NCBI GenBank assembly: GCA_031459875.1
Contig: JAVKHQ010000014.1
Coordinates: 1-64,000, forward strand
Reading direction: 5' to 3'
Source: Candidatus Fervidifonticultor sextus
Lineage (GTDB): Bacteria; Sysuimicrobiota; Sysuimicrobiia; Sysuimicrobiales; Humicultoraceae
Length of the DNA: 64,000 nt
Part shown: piece after piece, positions 9,268 through 18,920 of the stretch
Layout of the letters: each line of letters opens with the position of its first letter
How positions within the stretch are numbered: position 1 is the first letter of the stretch
The notes under the pieces: model-generated
Databases searched by the model: none
The model's input: only the letters and a program-made list of their open reading frames with translations
Told to the model about the DNA's origin: nothing
Position numbers and translations under genes: made by a program

Positions 9268-10224
9268 CTAACCGCCGCCCAACAACGAACGGATCAGGCC
9301 CAGCCCGGACAGCCAGGTCAGTATCTCCTGCCACCGGACGAGCGGCCCCTGGGGAACGTAGATGACGTCTCCGTTCCGCACCGGAATGTTCTGGGTCATG
9401 TCTCCCCTGAGGATCCTGTTCATATCGATGGTGATTACCGCTGGCTTGCCGTCGGGACCCTCGCGGATCAGGCCGATGTTGTTCACACCGGCCCGATCGG
9501 CCGGTCCGCCCGCCTGGGCGATCGCATCCAGAAAGCGGGCGCCATCGTCGAAGTCATAGGCCCCGGGAGATCGGATCGCGCCCAGCATCAGGACTCGGTT
9601 CTGCAGCGCCGGCACCATGATGATGTCACCGGGCTCCACCGGAAGGTCCGCCGATCGGTCGCCCCGCACCAGCAACTTCTCCAGGTCCAGCGGGAGCGTC
9701 TGCCCGGTCCCCCGGCGGATGAGCGTGGCCCGTCTGGGCGCCGCGCGCGGTGCCAGGCCGCCGGCGACCGCCATCACGTCCATGACGGTCCAGCCCCGCT
9801 GGATCTCCACCGCGCCCGGCCGCACCACCTGTCCCACGAGATAGACGATCGCCCGCTGGAAGTTCCGAACCGAGACCGTGACCTGAGGATCCTTCACATA
9901 CGCCTTCAACTGCGATGCGATCCGCTCCGCGAGTTGTGTGGGGGTCAACCCGGCGGCCAGGACATCTCCTACCAGCGGCAGGGTGATGCGACCGTCGGGG
10001 CGGATGATCTCCGAACGGCTGAGGTCGGGCTGCCCGAACACCGCGATATCCACGGTGTCCCCGGGAACCAGCGTGTACTCCCGCAGGTCCTGCGCCTGCG
10101 CCGACGCGACCCGCGGCGCGCCCGGCCACCCGCCGATAGGCGCCAAGACCATAAGGAGGCACAGTCCCGCCACCACACGTGCCCGGACAGCCACCTGCCT
10201 CCAGGGAAGTCTCATCGCCTTCAC
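9268..10224 (-). CDS. Polysaccharide export protein (Wza/OPX; Poly_export + SLBB)
   Basis: YTLVPGDTVDIAVFGQPDLS...IRPDGRITLPLVG; SLBB repeats; amphipathic C-terminal helix. Confidence 0.88.
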   Translation of the reverse strand: MKAMRLPWRQVAVRARVVAGLCLLMVLAPIGGWPGAPRVASAQAQDLREYTLVPGDTVDIAVFGQPDLSRSEIIRPDGRITLPLVGDVLAAGLTPTQLAERIASQLKAYVKDPQVTVSVRNFQRAIVYLVGQVVRPGAVEIQRGWTVMDVMAVAGGLAPRAAPRRATLIRRGTGQTLPLDLEKLLVRGDRSADLPVEPGDIIMVPALQNRVLMLGAIRSPGAYDFDDGARFLDAIAQAGGPADRAGVNNIGLIREGPDGKPAVITIDMNRILRGDMTQNIPVRNGDVIYVPQGPLVRWQEILTWLSGLGLIRSLLGGG

Positions 10225-10230
10225 CCCCTG

Positions 10231-10437
10231 TCAGTCCGCCCGCACCCTCTCTTCGGTCTCCAATCCTTCGAGAACCAGGTACTCCTCAAGTTCGCCCGTC
10301 GTCGAGTCTGCGCCCATGAAGAGCCCCACGACCGTCCACTCCCGCCCCCTGTGGGTCAACACCTCGCCAATAGAGAACACACGATCAGTCGCCTCTCCGC
10401 AGTCGCGGGCCCTGACAGTGATCTGCTGTTCGGTCAA
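10231..10437 (-). CDS. Small hypothetical protein heading the EPS operon
   Basis: 68-aa ORF with TTG start, GAGG upstream, ends 6 nt before wza; protein-like composition. Confidence 0.5.
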   Translation of the reverse strand: MTEQQITVRARDCGEATDRVFSIGEVLTHRGREWTVVGLFMGADSTTGELEEYLVLEGLETEERVRAD

Positions 10438-10739
10438 TGCATGGCCTCGCGTCAGAGAGGGATCACGGCTTGTGCACTATGTCTACTGACACGTCTATCA
10501 ATGGGAGAACCGCGCTGTCCATCGCCCGCAGGAACAAAGTTCTCACGTGCATCTGACGGATACACACCGCCCCCTGGAGAGGAAGGCGCCCTCCTCCGAA
10601 TGGCGGGAAGGACCTCCACCTTTTGGGCACCACACAGCAGGCCGCTCGCTTTCGGCGGCGGAATACCTTGCCTATACAGCCTGGTTTCCATCTGGAGGGT
10701 GGACAAAACCGACCAGGGGTCGGCCCGGAGGGAAGTTCC

Positions 10740-11660
10740 ATGCGGAAGATCGTCATCCTCGGCGGAGGCCCGGCGGGACTGACCGCCGCCATCTACGCCG
10801 CCCGCGCCAACCTGGCGCCGCTGGTGGTCGAGGGCGCCGAGGCCGGCGGCCAGCTCATGCTGACGACCCTGGTCGAGAACTACCCGGGGTTCGAGGACGG
10901 CATCATGGGGCCGGCCCTCATGCAGGCGATGCGCAACCAGGCAGAGCGAGTCGGCGTCGAGTTCATCACCGAGGACGCCACAGCGGTTAACTTCCGCCAG
11001 CGGCCCTTCGAGATCACCACGCAGTCGGGGCAGCGCCTGGAGGCTCGCGCTGTGATCGTCGCCACCGGGGCCTCAGCCAGGCTGCTGGGGATTCCCGGCG
11101 AGCAGCGGTTGATGGGCCGCGGCGTCTCGACGTGCGCGACCTGCGACGGGTTCTTCTTCCGCAATCGCGACGTGATCGTCGTCGGCGGCGGAGATTCAGC
11201 GATGGAGGAAGCGCTTTACCTGGCGAACCTGGCGAAGTCCGTCACAGTCGTCCACCGCCGCGACCGGCTCCGCGCCAGTAAGATCATGCAGCAACGGGCT
11301 TTCGCGCACGCCAGGATCGGCTTCCTCTGGGATACAGTGGTGGAGGACATCTTGGGCGACGGCGTCGTCAGCGGCGTGCGGCTGATGAACCTGAAGACCC
11401 GAGAGCGAAGCGAACGGCCGGTCGACGGCGTCTTCGTGGCCATCGGGCACATCCCGAACACCGCGCTCTTCAAAGGGCAACTCGAACTGGATGAACAGGG
11501 CTACATCAAACTGCGCGAGCGGTCCCACACCAGCATCGAGGGCGTCTTCGCTGCCGGCGACGTGCACGACCACACCTACCGGCAGGCGGTCACCGCCGCC
11601 GGGTTCGGCTGCATGGCGGCCATGGATGCCGAGCGCTGGCTGCAGGGGCAGGAACCGTGA
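10740..11660 (+). CDS. trxB: Thioredoxin-disulfide reductase
   Basis: GGGPAGLTAAIY, CATCDG, GGGDSAMEEA, FAAGDV. Confidence 0.96.
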   Translation: MRKIVILGGGPAGLTAAIYAARANLAPLVVEGAEAGGQLMLTTLVENYPGFEDGIMGPALMQAMRNQAERVGVEFITEDATAVNFRQRPFEITTQSGQRLEARAVIVATGASARLLGIPGEQRLMGRGVSTCATCDGFFFRNRDVIVVGGGDSAMEEALYLANLAKSVTVVHRRDRLRASKIMQQRAFAHARIGFLWDTVVEDILGDGVVSGVRLMNLKTRERSERPVDGVFVAIGHIPNTALFKGQLELDEQGYIKLRERSHTSIEGVFAAGDVHDHTYRQAVTAAGFGCMAAMDAERWLQGQEP

Positions 11661-11672
11661 GGGTCGGGCGAC

Positions 11673-12011
11673 CTAGCGCGCCTGCGCCTGCAGCGCGCCC
11701 TCCACGCGACGCTTCAATTCGGGTTTGGGCATGTAGCCCACGATCCGCTCCACCATCTGACCGCCCCTGAACACCCCCAGGGTCGGAATGCTCATGATCT
11801 GGTACCGCATGGCGAGGGTTTGATTGTCGTCGACGTCCACCTTCGCGACTTTCATCCGTCCGTCGTACTCTGCAGCGAACTCCTCCACAATGGGCGCAAT
11901 CAGCCGGCACGGGCCGCACCACGCCGCCCAGAAATCCACCAGGACCGGCACGTCGGCTTTGAGCACCTCCTCCTCGAACGTCTGCTCCGTCACCGCGATT
12001 GGCTTGGCCAT
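11673..12011 (-). CDS. trxA: Thioredoxin
   Basis: DFWAAWCGPC; RBS AGGAGG. Confidence 0.96.
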   Translation of the reverse strand: MAKPIAVTEQTFEEEVLKADVPVLVDFWAAWCGPCRLIAPIVEEFAAEYDGRMKVAKVDVDDNQTLAMRYQIMSIPTLGVFRGGQMVERIVGYMPKPELKRRVEGALQAQAR

Positions 12012-12260
12012 TCCCTGCTCCTCCTTCAGACACAACCCGGCGGACGTTGCCGCCGGGTACGATAACCGTCCCCCCACACTAGGGTATTCCCGCCGGAGCG
12101 TCCATCAAGCCTCGTCGCCTGTCCATGTCCACCGCCTGTCCCGAGGAGGGCACCGCATTGAAGGCTTCCGGGGGTCGGGCGCCGTATTCCTTCCCCCGAT
12201 GAATGCAGCGTCGGTCCCACCACCGAACGCCGAAGACCATCACACCTGGAGGGAGACACC

Positions 12261-12806
12261 ATGACGCGAGCCTTGAAGACGCTGCTACCTGCAGCACTCG
12301 TCCTCTGCCTGACCCTCGCCCCGCTGGGATACGCACAGATGCGGGTCCAGCTTCCGGCCGGGACCCAGGTCCCCCTGGCCTTCGTGACGCGCGTGGACTC
12401 CAGCACCGCCCGAGAGGGCGAGGCGGTAGCCTTCACCGTGGCCTCCGACGTCCTGATCGAGCGCCACGCCGTCATCCGGAAGGGCTCGACCGCGCAGGGC
12501 CTGGTCGTCTCCGTAACGCCGCCTGGGATCTTCGGGCGGAACGCCCGCGTGCACATCGCCTTTGTCCAGGTGGTGGCCGCAGACGGCCTCCCCATCAGGC
12601 TCGCCCCGATCGACGTGACCCCGGACAATCTGCGGGAAGCCCGGGACGCCGCCGGTGCCGCGGGCGCCAGCGTGGCCGGCCTCATCCTCCTGGGCCCGAT
12701 CGGGGTGGCCGCCGGTGCGCTGGTCCGAGGCGGGCACGTGACGATTCCGCCGGGAGCCGTCGCGGTGACGTCCACCATCGCGTCGGCCCAGGTCACGCTG
12801 CCGTAG
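12261..12806 (+). CDS. Secreted hypothetical protein, possibly TrbI/VirB10-like beta fold with Gly/Ala hairpin
   Basis: Signal peptide; LPAGTQVPL...VIRKGS...; AAGAAGASVAGLILLGPIGVAAGAL; RBS GGAGGGAG. Confidence 0.65.
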   Translation: MTRALKTLLPAALVLCLTLAPLGYAQMRVQLPAGTQVPLAFVTRVDSSTAREGEAVAFTVASDVLIERHAVIRKGSTAQGLVVSVTPPGIFGRNARVHIAFVQVVAADGLPIRLAPIDVTPDNLREARDAAGAAGASVAGLILLGPIGVAAGALVRGGHVTIPPGAVAVTSTIASAQVTLP

Positions 12807-12822
12807 CGGGCAGAGACCGGCG

Positions 12823-13353
12823 CTAGAACGCCAGGGCCGCGGCCGCAGCCAGGAGGACCAGGAACACCGCGGCCCCGCTCAGGCAGCCGATCCGGCGGCC
12901 TCCGCCGGCCTCCCGGTGCCGCCGAAAGGGAGCCCGCGCGGCCAGCCGCGTGGCCTTCTTCATGGCCGCGATGGCCTCGCCGGTCCGGCCCATCTGTTTG
13001 TACAGCCCGCCGAGGTTCTGGTGGGCGATCCAGTAGTCGGGATCCGCGGCGATCGCGCGCTGATAGGCCTGGAGGGCTTCCTCCAGCCTCCCGGTCTCGC
13101 GGTAGACGTTGCCCAGGTTGCTCCACGCCGGGGCGTGCGCGGGATCCAACGTCACCGCACGCACGAAGGCCTGCTCGGCCTCGGCGAGACGGCGTTGGTG
13201 GACCAGGGCCACCCCGAGCTTGCTGTGGGCAGTGGCCGTAGGCGGGCCGGCCTCGAGCGCGCGGTGAAAGGCGGCCTCGGCCTCGGCCCACTCGCCGGCC
13301 TCCAGGTGGCGCTCCCCCTGGATTAGGTGGATGTCGGCGGGCGTCTTGGCCAT
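12823..13353 (-). CDS. TPR protein with C-terminal membrane anchor
   Basis: Repeats AHSKLGVAL / AWSNLGNVY / AHQNLGGLY; hydrophobic tail. Confidence 0.8.
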   Translation of the reverse strand: MAKTPADIHLIQGERHLEAGEWAEAEAAFHRALEAGPPTATAHSKLGVALVHQRRLAEAEQAFVRAVTLDPAHAPAWSNLGNVYRETGRLEEALQAYQRAIAADPDYWIAHQNLGGLYKQMGRTGEAIAAMKKATRLAARAPFRRHREAGGGRRIGCLSGAAVFLVLLAAAAALAF

Positions 13354-13435
13354 CAGGCTGTGATTCAGTGGTTCTGCGACCACCTGGCCGGGCCCTGCGG
13401 ATCGATTCAGGGCCGGGCCGGCCCGCCGGCCCCGC

Positions 13436-13882
13436 CTATGACGCGGCCGCCCAGAGGGGCAGATCGGCGCAAGAGGACTGACCCGGGCGCGCCCAGGCCC
13501 CCGCGCGGGACGCGGCCGCGGCCGCGTCGGGATCGCAGGCCGGGGCCAGGTAGAGGATCTCGGCGGACCGGAAGAGGTGGAGCAGTGCACGCACCTGGAG
13601 GTAACCGCCAAGCGCCCCGACCGGAACCGCCGAGCGGCCCGCGATCTGGGAGGCCACGTCGGCATCGCCGACACCCACGACCACCTTCCGCGCACGCAGC
13701 CGCCGGGCCTCGCCCAGGGCGAGCAGGACCGCCCTGTAGGCGGGCGGGACCGGATCGCCGCCTCGCAGCCGCCGGACCACCACCCGCCGCCCGGCGCCGT
13801 CCTCCCAGCGGAGGGCCGCTGCGCACACGCCGTGCCATCCGGGTCCCGCACACCATGCGGTCGCAACACGCAGCGTGCGCAC
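13436..13882 (-). CDS. RNase HI-like fold protein (RVT_3-type), catalytic residues mostly absent
   Basis: AYRAVLLALGEARRLRARKVVVGVGDADVASQIAG...YLQVRALLHLF pattern; GTG start overlaps upstream stop (TAGTG). Confidence 0.6.
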   Translation of the reverse strand: MRTLRVATAWCAGPGWHGVCAAALRWEDGAGRRVVVRRLRGGDPVPPAYRAVLLALGEARRLRARKVVVGVGDADVASQIAGRSAVPVGALGGYLQVRALLHLFRSAEILYLAPACDPDAAAAASRAGAWARPGQSSCADLPLWAAAS

Positions 13883-13989
13883 TACCAGGGCCTCTCCAGC
13901 AGGGCGGCCGCCACGAGGCAGGCGGTGAGGATCAGGACCTTCAGCCTGATCGCCCGGCGGTCGTCGGAGAACCGGGCCCACAGGGTCAC
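13882..13989 (-). CDS. 35-aa single-TM peptide coupled to lexA
   Basis: MTLWARFSDDRRAIRLKVLILTACLVAAALLERPW; GTG start overlaps lexA TGA; GGAGG SD upstream. Confidence 0.6.
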   Translation of the reverse strand: MTLWARFSDDRRAIRLKVLILTACLVAAALLERPW

Positions 13990-14618
13990 GCCCGGGCCTC
14001 CAGCGGGTGGTAGCGTCGCAGCAACCCCACCACCTTGCCGATGACCTCGAAGTCGCCGTGGATGGGCGCGTAGGCCGGATTCTCGGCGCACAGACACGGC
14101 CGTCCGTCTGCGACGGCCAGCCGCTTGACGGTGGCCTCGGTACCCTGGAGTGCCACGACGATCTCGCCGGGATCCGCGGTAGGCTGACAGCGAACGATGA
14201 CCAGATCGCCGTCGAAGATCCCGGCCCCGATCATGCTGTCCCCACGCACGGTGAGCAGGAAACTCTCGTCACTCCAGCCGACGAAGCGCCGGGGGACCGG
14301 AATCGTCTCCTCGATATGCTCGTCGGCCAGGACCGGCACGCCAGCCGATACACGGCCGACCAGGGGGAGCGAAACCACCTCGTCGTCGTTTTGGAGCGCG
14401 TTGCGGTCGATAATCTCCAGGACCCGCATCCGCTCGCCGTCTCGCCGGAGGTATCCCTTGCGGGCCAGGGCGGTCAGGTGCTGGTGGACCGTGGAGGGCG
14501 AGCGCATCCCCAGGGCCATCCCGATCTCGCGGACAGAGGGCACTATGCCAGTGCTCCGAATGTTCCGGACGATGTGGTTCAGGATCTGCTGCTGGCGCAA
14601 CGTCAACGGTTTCTTCAT
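13986..14618 (-). CDS. lexA: SOS repressor LexA
   Basis: PSVREIG wHTH, VSAG cleavage site, GDSM Ser, TVKR Lys. Confidence 0.96.
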   Translation of the reverse strand: MKKPLTLRQQQILNHIVRNIRSTGIVPSVREIGMALGMRSPSTVHQHLTALARKGYLRRDGERMRVLEIIDRNALQNDDEVVSLPLVGRVSAGVPVLADEHIEETIPVPRRFVGWSDESFLLTVRGDSMIGAGIFDGDLVIVRCQPTADPGEIVVALQGTEATVKRLAVADGRPCLCAENPAYAPIHGDFEVIGKVVGLLRRYHPLEARA

Positions 14619-14639
14619 CGGGGGCCTCCTCACGCCCCC

Positions 14640-14668
14640 AGAATAGCGAACAGACGTACGTATATCAA
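14640..14668 (-). promoter_or_regulatory. Sigma70-type lexA promoter
   Basis: TTGATA-17 bp-TATTCT on the minus strand. Confidence 0.7.
14647..14660. promoter_or_regulatory. LexA box 1
   Basis: CGAACAGACGTACG (Cheo-like CGAAC-N4-GTwCG) in the promoter spacer. Confidence 0.8.
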
Positions 14669-14682
14669 CTCCCGCCTAATGG

Positions 14683-14696
14683 CGAACATATGTACG
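14683..14696. promoter_or_regulatory. LexA box 2
   Basis: CGAACATATGTACG. Confidence 0.8.
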
Positions 14697-14756
14697 ACAC
14701 TTTGGAAACGGCAAAAACTGGAGGGATATCCCTTCAAAACACCGCCGGGCTCCCTC

Positions 14757-15701
14757 TTACGCGCCCGGACGGCTCAGGAGAACGGAAAGGAGCGCTGGAT
14801 CAAGGTTCCCGCCGCTGACGACCGCCAGCGCCGGGCGCTGCGGAACCATCCCCGACACCAGGGCGGCCACCGCGATGGCCCCGGAGGGCTCAACCACCAG
14901 GTGGGCCTCCAGACAGAGGCGCCGGACGGCCTCCAGCACCGCCTCGTCGCTCACCGCCACGAAGCCGTCCACCACTTTGGAGGCGGCCTCCCAGGTCAGC
15001 ACACCCGGCCGCTGGACCCGCAGCCCGTCGCAGATCGTGTCCACAGAGGATACCGCAACCCTGGCCCCTGCGGCCCGCGAGGCGGCAAACCGCGCCACGC
15101 GCTGCGGCTCGGCGCCCACGACCCTGATCTCGGGACGCAGCGCCTTGACGGCCAGCGCCACCCCCGAGATGAGCCCGCCGCCGCTCACCGGCACGACCAC
15201 GGCGGCCAGATCGACGCATTGTTCGACGATCTCCAGCCCGCAGGTCCCCTGCCCGGCGATCACGAGGGGATCGTCGAACGACGGCACCATGTGCAGGCCA
15301 CGTTCTTCCGCCAGACGCTGCGCCAGGGCATGGCGCTCCTCCATGGTCGTCCCGCACCGGTGCAACTCGGCTCCGTACCCTACGATCGCCTGCGCCTTCA
15401 CCGGGTTGACCGTTTCGGGGACGACCACAACGGCCGGGATGCCCAGGCGCGCGGCCACGTAGGCGACGGCCTGCCCGTGGTTCCCCGAGGACGCCGTGAT
15501 GACGCCGCGGATTCCCCCCGCCAAGGCGCGCACATGGTTGGCCGCCCCCCGCACCTTGAAGGCGCCGGTGGGCTGCAGACTCTCGAGTTTCAGCAGCAAC
15601 CCTCCGGCGGCCTCCCAGGAGACGACCGGAGTGCGGTGGGCAATCCCCTCGATCCGCCGGGCGGCGGCGCGGATGTCGCCGAGGTCGGGCAGCGCGGTCA
15701 C
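14757..15701 (-). CDS. PLP-dependent threonine/serine dehydratase family protein
   Basis: [38 protein letters not shown]. Confidence 0.88.
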   Translation of the reverse strand: MTALPDLGDIRAAARRIEGIAHRTPVVSWEAAGGLLLKLESLQPTGAFKVRGAANHVRALAGGIRGVITASSGNHGQAVAYVAARLGIPAVVVVPETVNPVKAQAIVGYGAELHRCGTTMEERHALAQRLAEERGLHMVPSFDDPLVIAGQGTCGLEIVEQCVDLAAVVVPVSGGGLISGVALAVKALRPEIRVVGAEPQRVARFAASRAAGARVAVSSVDTICDGLRVQRPGVLTWEAASKVVDGFVAVSDEAVLEAVRRLCLEAHLVVEPSGAIAVAALVSGMVPQRPALAVVSGGNLDPALLSVLLSRPGA

Positions 15702-17164
15702 GCGCGGCTCATCACGCCCGGCCTGGGGCGCCACCGCAGGTTGGGCTTCCGCGCGGCGGTCACCTCGTCGAGACGGCCGACCACGGTGCGGTGCGGCGCG
15801 GTCCGCACCACCTCGGGGTCGGCGGCACACTCCGCGGCCACCCGGATCATCGCCTCGGCAAACGCATCCAGGGTCTGCCGGCTCTCGGTCTCGGTCGGCT
15901 CGATCATGATGGCTTCGTCCACGATGAGGGGGAAGTAGATGGTCGGCGCGTGGAACCCGTAGTCCAGCAGGCGTTTGGCGATATCGAGGGTGCGCACCCC
16001 GTGTTGGACCTTCTGCCGCCGGCCGGAGAGGACGAACTCGTGCATGCACACCCGGTCGTAGGGCAGGTCGTAGTGCTCCCGTAACTTCGCCAGCAGGTAG
16101 TTGGCGTTGAGTACGGCGGCCTCGGATACCTGCCGCAACTGCGGCCCGTAGGACCGTAGATACGCATAGGCGCGGACCAGGACCCCGAAGTTCCCGCCGA
16201 AGGCCCGCAGCCGCCCGATGGACTTGGGGCGCGCCTCATCCAGGACGAACCGGTCGCCGACGCGCTCGACGGTCGGCACCGGCAAGTACGGCTCCAGGAT
16301 GCGCTTCACCGCCACCGGCCCGGCGCCGGGCCCGCCCCCGCCGTGGGGCGTGCTGAAGGTCTTGTGGACGTTCATGTGCATCACATCGAACCCCTGGTCC
16401 CCGGGCCGCGTGATGCCCAGCACCGCGTTGAAATTCGCACCGTCCAGGTACATCAGCCCGCCGCACCCGTGGATGATCTCGGCGACCTCCAGCACGGACT
16501 CCTCGAACAGTCCCAGGGTGTTGGGGTTGGTCAGCATCAGGGCCGCCACGCTGGTGTCCGCCACGCGGCGCAGCGCGTCGCGGTCGATATTCCCGCGGGC
16601 ATCGCTGGGGACGGTGACCACCTGGAACCCGCACATGGCAGCCGACGCCGGGTTGGTCCCGTGGGCCGAGTCAGGGACGATCACGCGCGTCCGCCGTTCG
16701 CCCCGGTCCTCGAGGTAGGCCCGGATCATCATCAGGCTGGTCAGTTCGCCATGGGCGCCGGCCGACGGCTGGAATGTCACCCGGTCCATCCCGCTGATCT
16801 CGCACAGCATCTGCTCCAGGTGCCACAGCAGTTCCAGGGCGCCCTGGGCCTGGTCGACGGGGGTGTTGGGGTGCAGCCGCGCGAACCCCGGCAGCCGCGC
16901 GGCGTCCTCATTAACCTTCGGATTGTACTTCATGGTGCACGACCCCAGCGGGTAGAACCCCACGTCGACAGCGTAGTTGCGCTGGGAGAGCCGTGTGTAG
17001 TGGCGGACCAGGTCTGGCTCGCTGACCTCCGGGAGCGCCGGCGGCTCCCGACGCAGGTGGACCCCGACGATCTCTTCCAGCGGGACCTCCGGAACGTCGG
17101 GGTCGGGCAGCGAGACCGCGGTGCGGCCCGGGACACTGAGCTCGAAGATCAGGGAGGCGCTCAC
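15698..17164 (-). CDS. gcvPB: Glycine dehydrogenase subunit 2
   Basis: [29 protein letters not shown]. Confidence 0.95.
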   Translation of the reverse strand: MSASLIFELSVPGRTAVSLPDPDVPEVPLEEIVGVHLRREPPALPEVSEPDLVRHYTRLSQRNYAVDVGFYPLGSCTMKYNPKVNEDAARLPGFARLHPNTPVDQAQGALELLWHLEQMLCEISGMDRVTFQPSAGAHGELTSLMMIRAYLEDRGERRTRVIVPDSAHGTNPASAAMCGFQVVTVPSDARGNIDRDALRRVADTSVAALMLTNPNTLGLFEESVLEVAEIIHGCGGLMYLDGANFNAVLGITRPGDQGFDVMHMNVHKTFSTPHGGGGPGAGPVAVKRILEPYLPVPTVERVGDRFVLDEARPKSIGRLRAFGGNFGVLVRAYAYLRSYGPQLRQVSEAAVLNANYLLAKLREHYDLPYDRVCMHEFVLSGRRQKVQHGVRTLDIAKRLLDYGFHAPTIYFPLIVDEAIMIEPTETESRQTLDAFAEAMIRVAAECAADPEVVRTAPHRTVVGRLDEVTAARKPNLRWRPRPGVMSRA

Positions 17165-18534
17165 CGGATGACCTCCGCCACCGCGTCGGCCAGGGCATCG
17201 ATCTGAGCGCGGCTGCGCGCTTCGGTCACACAGACCAGCCAGCCGTCGGCCAGGTCTGGGTACCACCGACCCAGCGCCAGACCGCCCAGGATGCCGTGGT
17301 CGAGGAGGCGCGCGTTGAGATCCTCCGGAGGGATCGGCGTCCGCAGCACGAACTCGTTGAACACCGGCGCCGCAAACGCCGGACGCACGCCCGGAACCGC
17401 GCACAGCCGCGTCTTCGCGTAGTGCGCGCGCCGGGCGTTCACCTCGGCCACCCGACGGATGCCCTGCGGCCCCAGCGCCGCCATGTAGACCGCCGCGGCC
17501 AGCGCGTTGAGGGCCTCGTTGGTGCAGATGTTGCTGGTCGCCTTCTCACGCCGGATGTGCTGCTCGCGGGTCTGCAGGGTGAGCACGAACCCGCGGCGGC
17601 CGCTGTGGTCGGTCGTCATGCCGACCAGGCGCCCCGGCATCCGGCGCACGAACTGGTCCCGCGTGGCCAGCATGCCCAGGTAGGGTCCCCCGAAGTTGAG
17701 GGGATTGCCCAGCGGCTGCCCCTCGCCGGCCACGATGTCGGCGCCGTAGGCGCCCGGCGGGACAACCAGGCCCAGGCTGATCGGCTCGGCCACCGCTACA
17801 ACGAACAGCGCGCCGGCCTCGTGGGCCGCCGCCGCCAGGCCAGGGCCGTCTTCCAGACACCCGAACACGTTGGGCGACTGGACGATCACCGCGGCGGTGC
17901 GCGGGCCGATCGTCTCTGCCACCTGGGCGGCCGGTGTCAGGCCGTGGCGGTGCGGGATCGTCCGGACCTCGATGCCCAGGTGCCGCGTGTAGGTCCGCAG
18001 GGTCTCCCGATAGTACGGGTGGACCGCCGACGAGACGACGATCTCGTCGCGTCGGGCCAGGTCGCGGGCCATCACCGCGGCCTCGCCGACCGCGCTGGCC
18101 CCATCGTACATCGAGGCGTTGGCCACATCCATGCCGGTCAGTTCGCACAACATCGTCTGGTACTCGTAGGCGGCCTGCAGCTCACCCTGCATGACCTCTG
18201 CCTGGTAGGGGGTGTAGGCGGTGTAGAACTCCGCGCGGCCGGCCAGGTGCCAGACCACGCTGGGGATGACGTGGTCGTAGGCCCCCCCACCCAGAAAGCA
18301 GACCAGCCGGTCGGCGTGGCCGTTACGCTCGGCGAGGCCGCGCAGGTGGGCCAGCAGGTCGGCATCCGAGAGCGCAGGGGGCAACGCCAGCGGCCGGCGC
18401 AGGCGGACCTCGGTCGGGATGTCCTCGAACAGTTCCTCAATGGACGCTCGACCGACGACGCGCAGCATCTCTGCGCGATCCTCAGCCGTCATCGGCAGGT
18501 ACTTGTGGGGATGCCACGCAGCGGCGTCGTTCAT
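17161..18534 (-). CDS. gcvPA: Glycine dehydrogenase subunit 1
   Basis: [34 protein letters not shown]. Confidence 0.95.
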   Translation of the reverse strand: MNDAAAWHPHKYLPMTAEDRAEMLRVVGRASIEELFEDIPTEVRLRRPLALPPALSDADLLAHLRGLAERNGHADRLVCFLGGGAYDHVIPSVVWHLAGRAEFYTAYTPYQAEVMQGELQAAYEYQTMLCELTGMDVANASMYDGASAVGEAAVMARDLARRDEIVVSSAVHPYYRETLRTYTRHLGIEVRTIPHRHGLTPAAQVAETIGPRTAAVIVQSPNVFGCLEDGPGLAAAAHEAGALFVVAVAEPISLGLVVPPGAYGADIVAGEGQPLGNPLNFGGPYLGMLATRDQFVRRMPGRLVGMTTDHSGRRGFVLTLQTREQHIRREKATSNICTNEALNALAAAVYMAALGPQGIRRVAEVNARRAHYAKTRLCAVPGVRPAFAAPVFNEFVLRTPIPPEDLNARLLDHGILGGLALGRWYPDLADGWLVCVTEARSRAQIDALADAVAEVIR

Positions 18535-18917
18535 TCGCCCTCCGATCCGACCAAGCGCGCATACGCATCGGCATCCAGGAGCTGGTCCCAGTCGGCGCCA
18601 GCGGTAGGTTCGACCACAATCATCCACGCGGCGCCGTGGGGATCCTGGTTGATGAGTTCCGGGTTGTCGATCAGCGCCTGGTTCACCTCGATTACCCGGC
18701 CCGAGACCGGCGCGTACAGGTCGCTGGCGGCCTTCACCGATTCCACGACGCCGAAGGGCTCGGCAGCCCGCACCTCCGCCCCAACCTTCGGCAGTTCAAT
18801 GAACACCACGTCGCTGAGCCGCTCGGCGGCGAACGCCGTCACGCCGATGCGGACGCGGCCGTCCTCCCGCTTGGCCCACTCGTGCTCGCGCGTGTACCGC
18901 CGGTCGTTCGGATACAT
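18531..18917 (-). CDS. gcvH: Glycine cleavage H protein
   Basis: YTREHEW, VESVKAASD lipoyl Lys. Confidence 0.96.
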   Translation of the reverse strand: MYPNDRRYTREHEWAKREDGRVRIGVTAFAAERLSDVVFIELPKVGAEVRAAEPFGVVESVKAASDLYAPVSGRVIEVNQALIDNPELINQDPHGAAWMIVVEPTAGADWDQLLDADAYARLVGSEGE

Positions 18918-18920
18918 GCT

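Noticed and set aside
10570..10680. Glycine or c-di-GMP riboswitch-like fragments (GGAGAG...CCGAA; GGCAA...GAAA)
   Set aside because: Remaining conserved elements (CTCTCAGG; GCAAAG/P2) are missing
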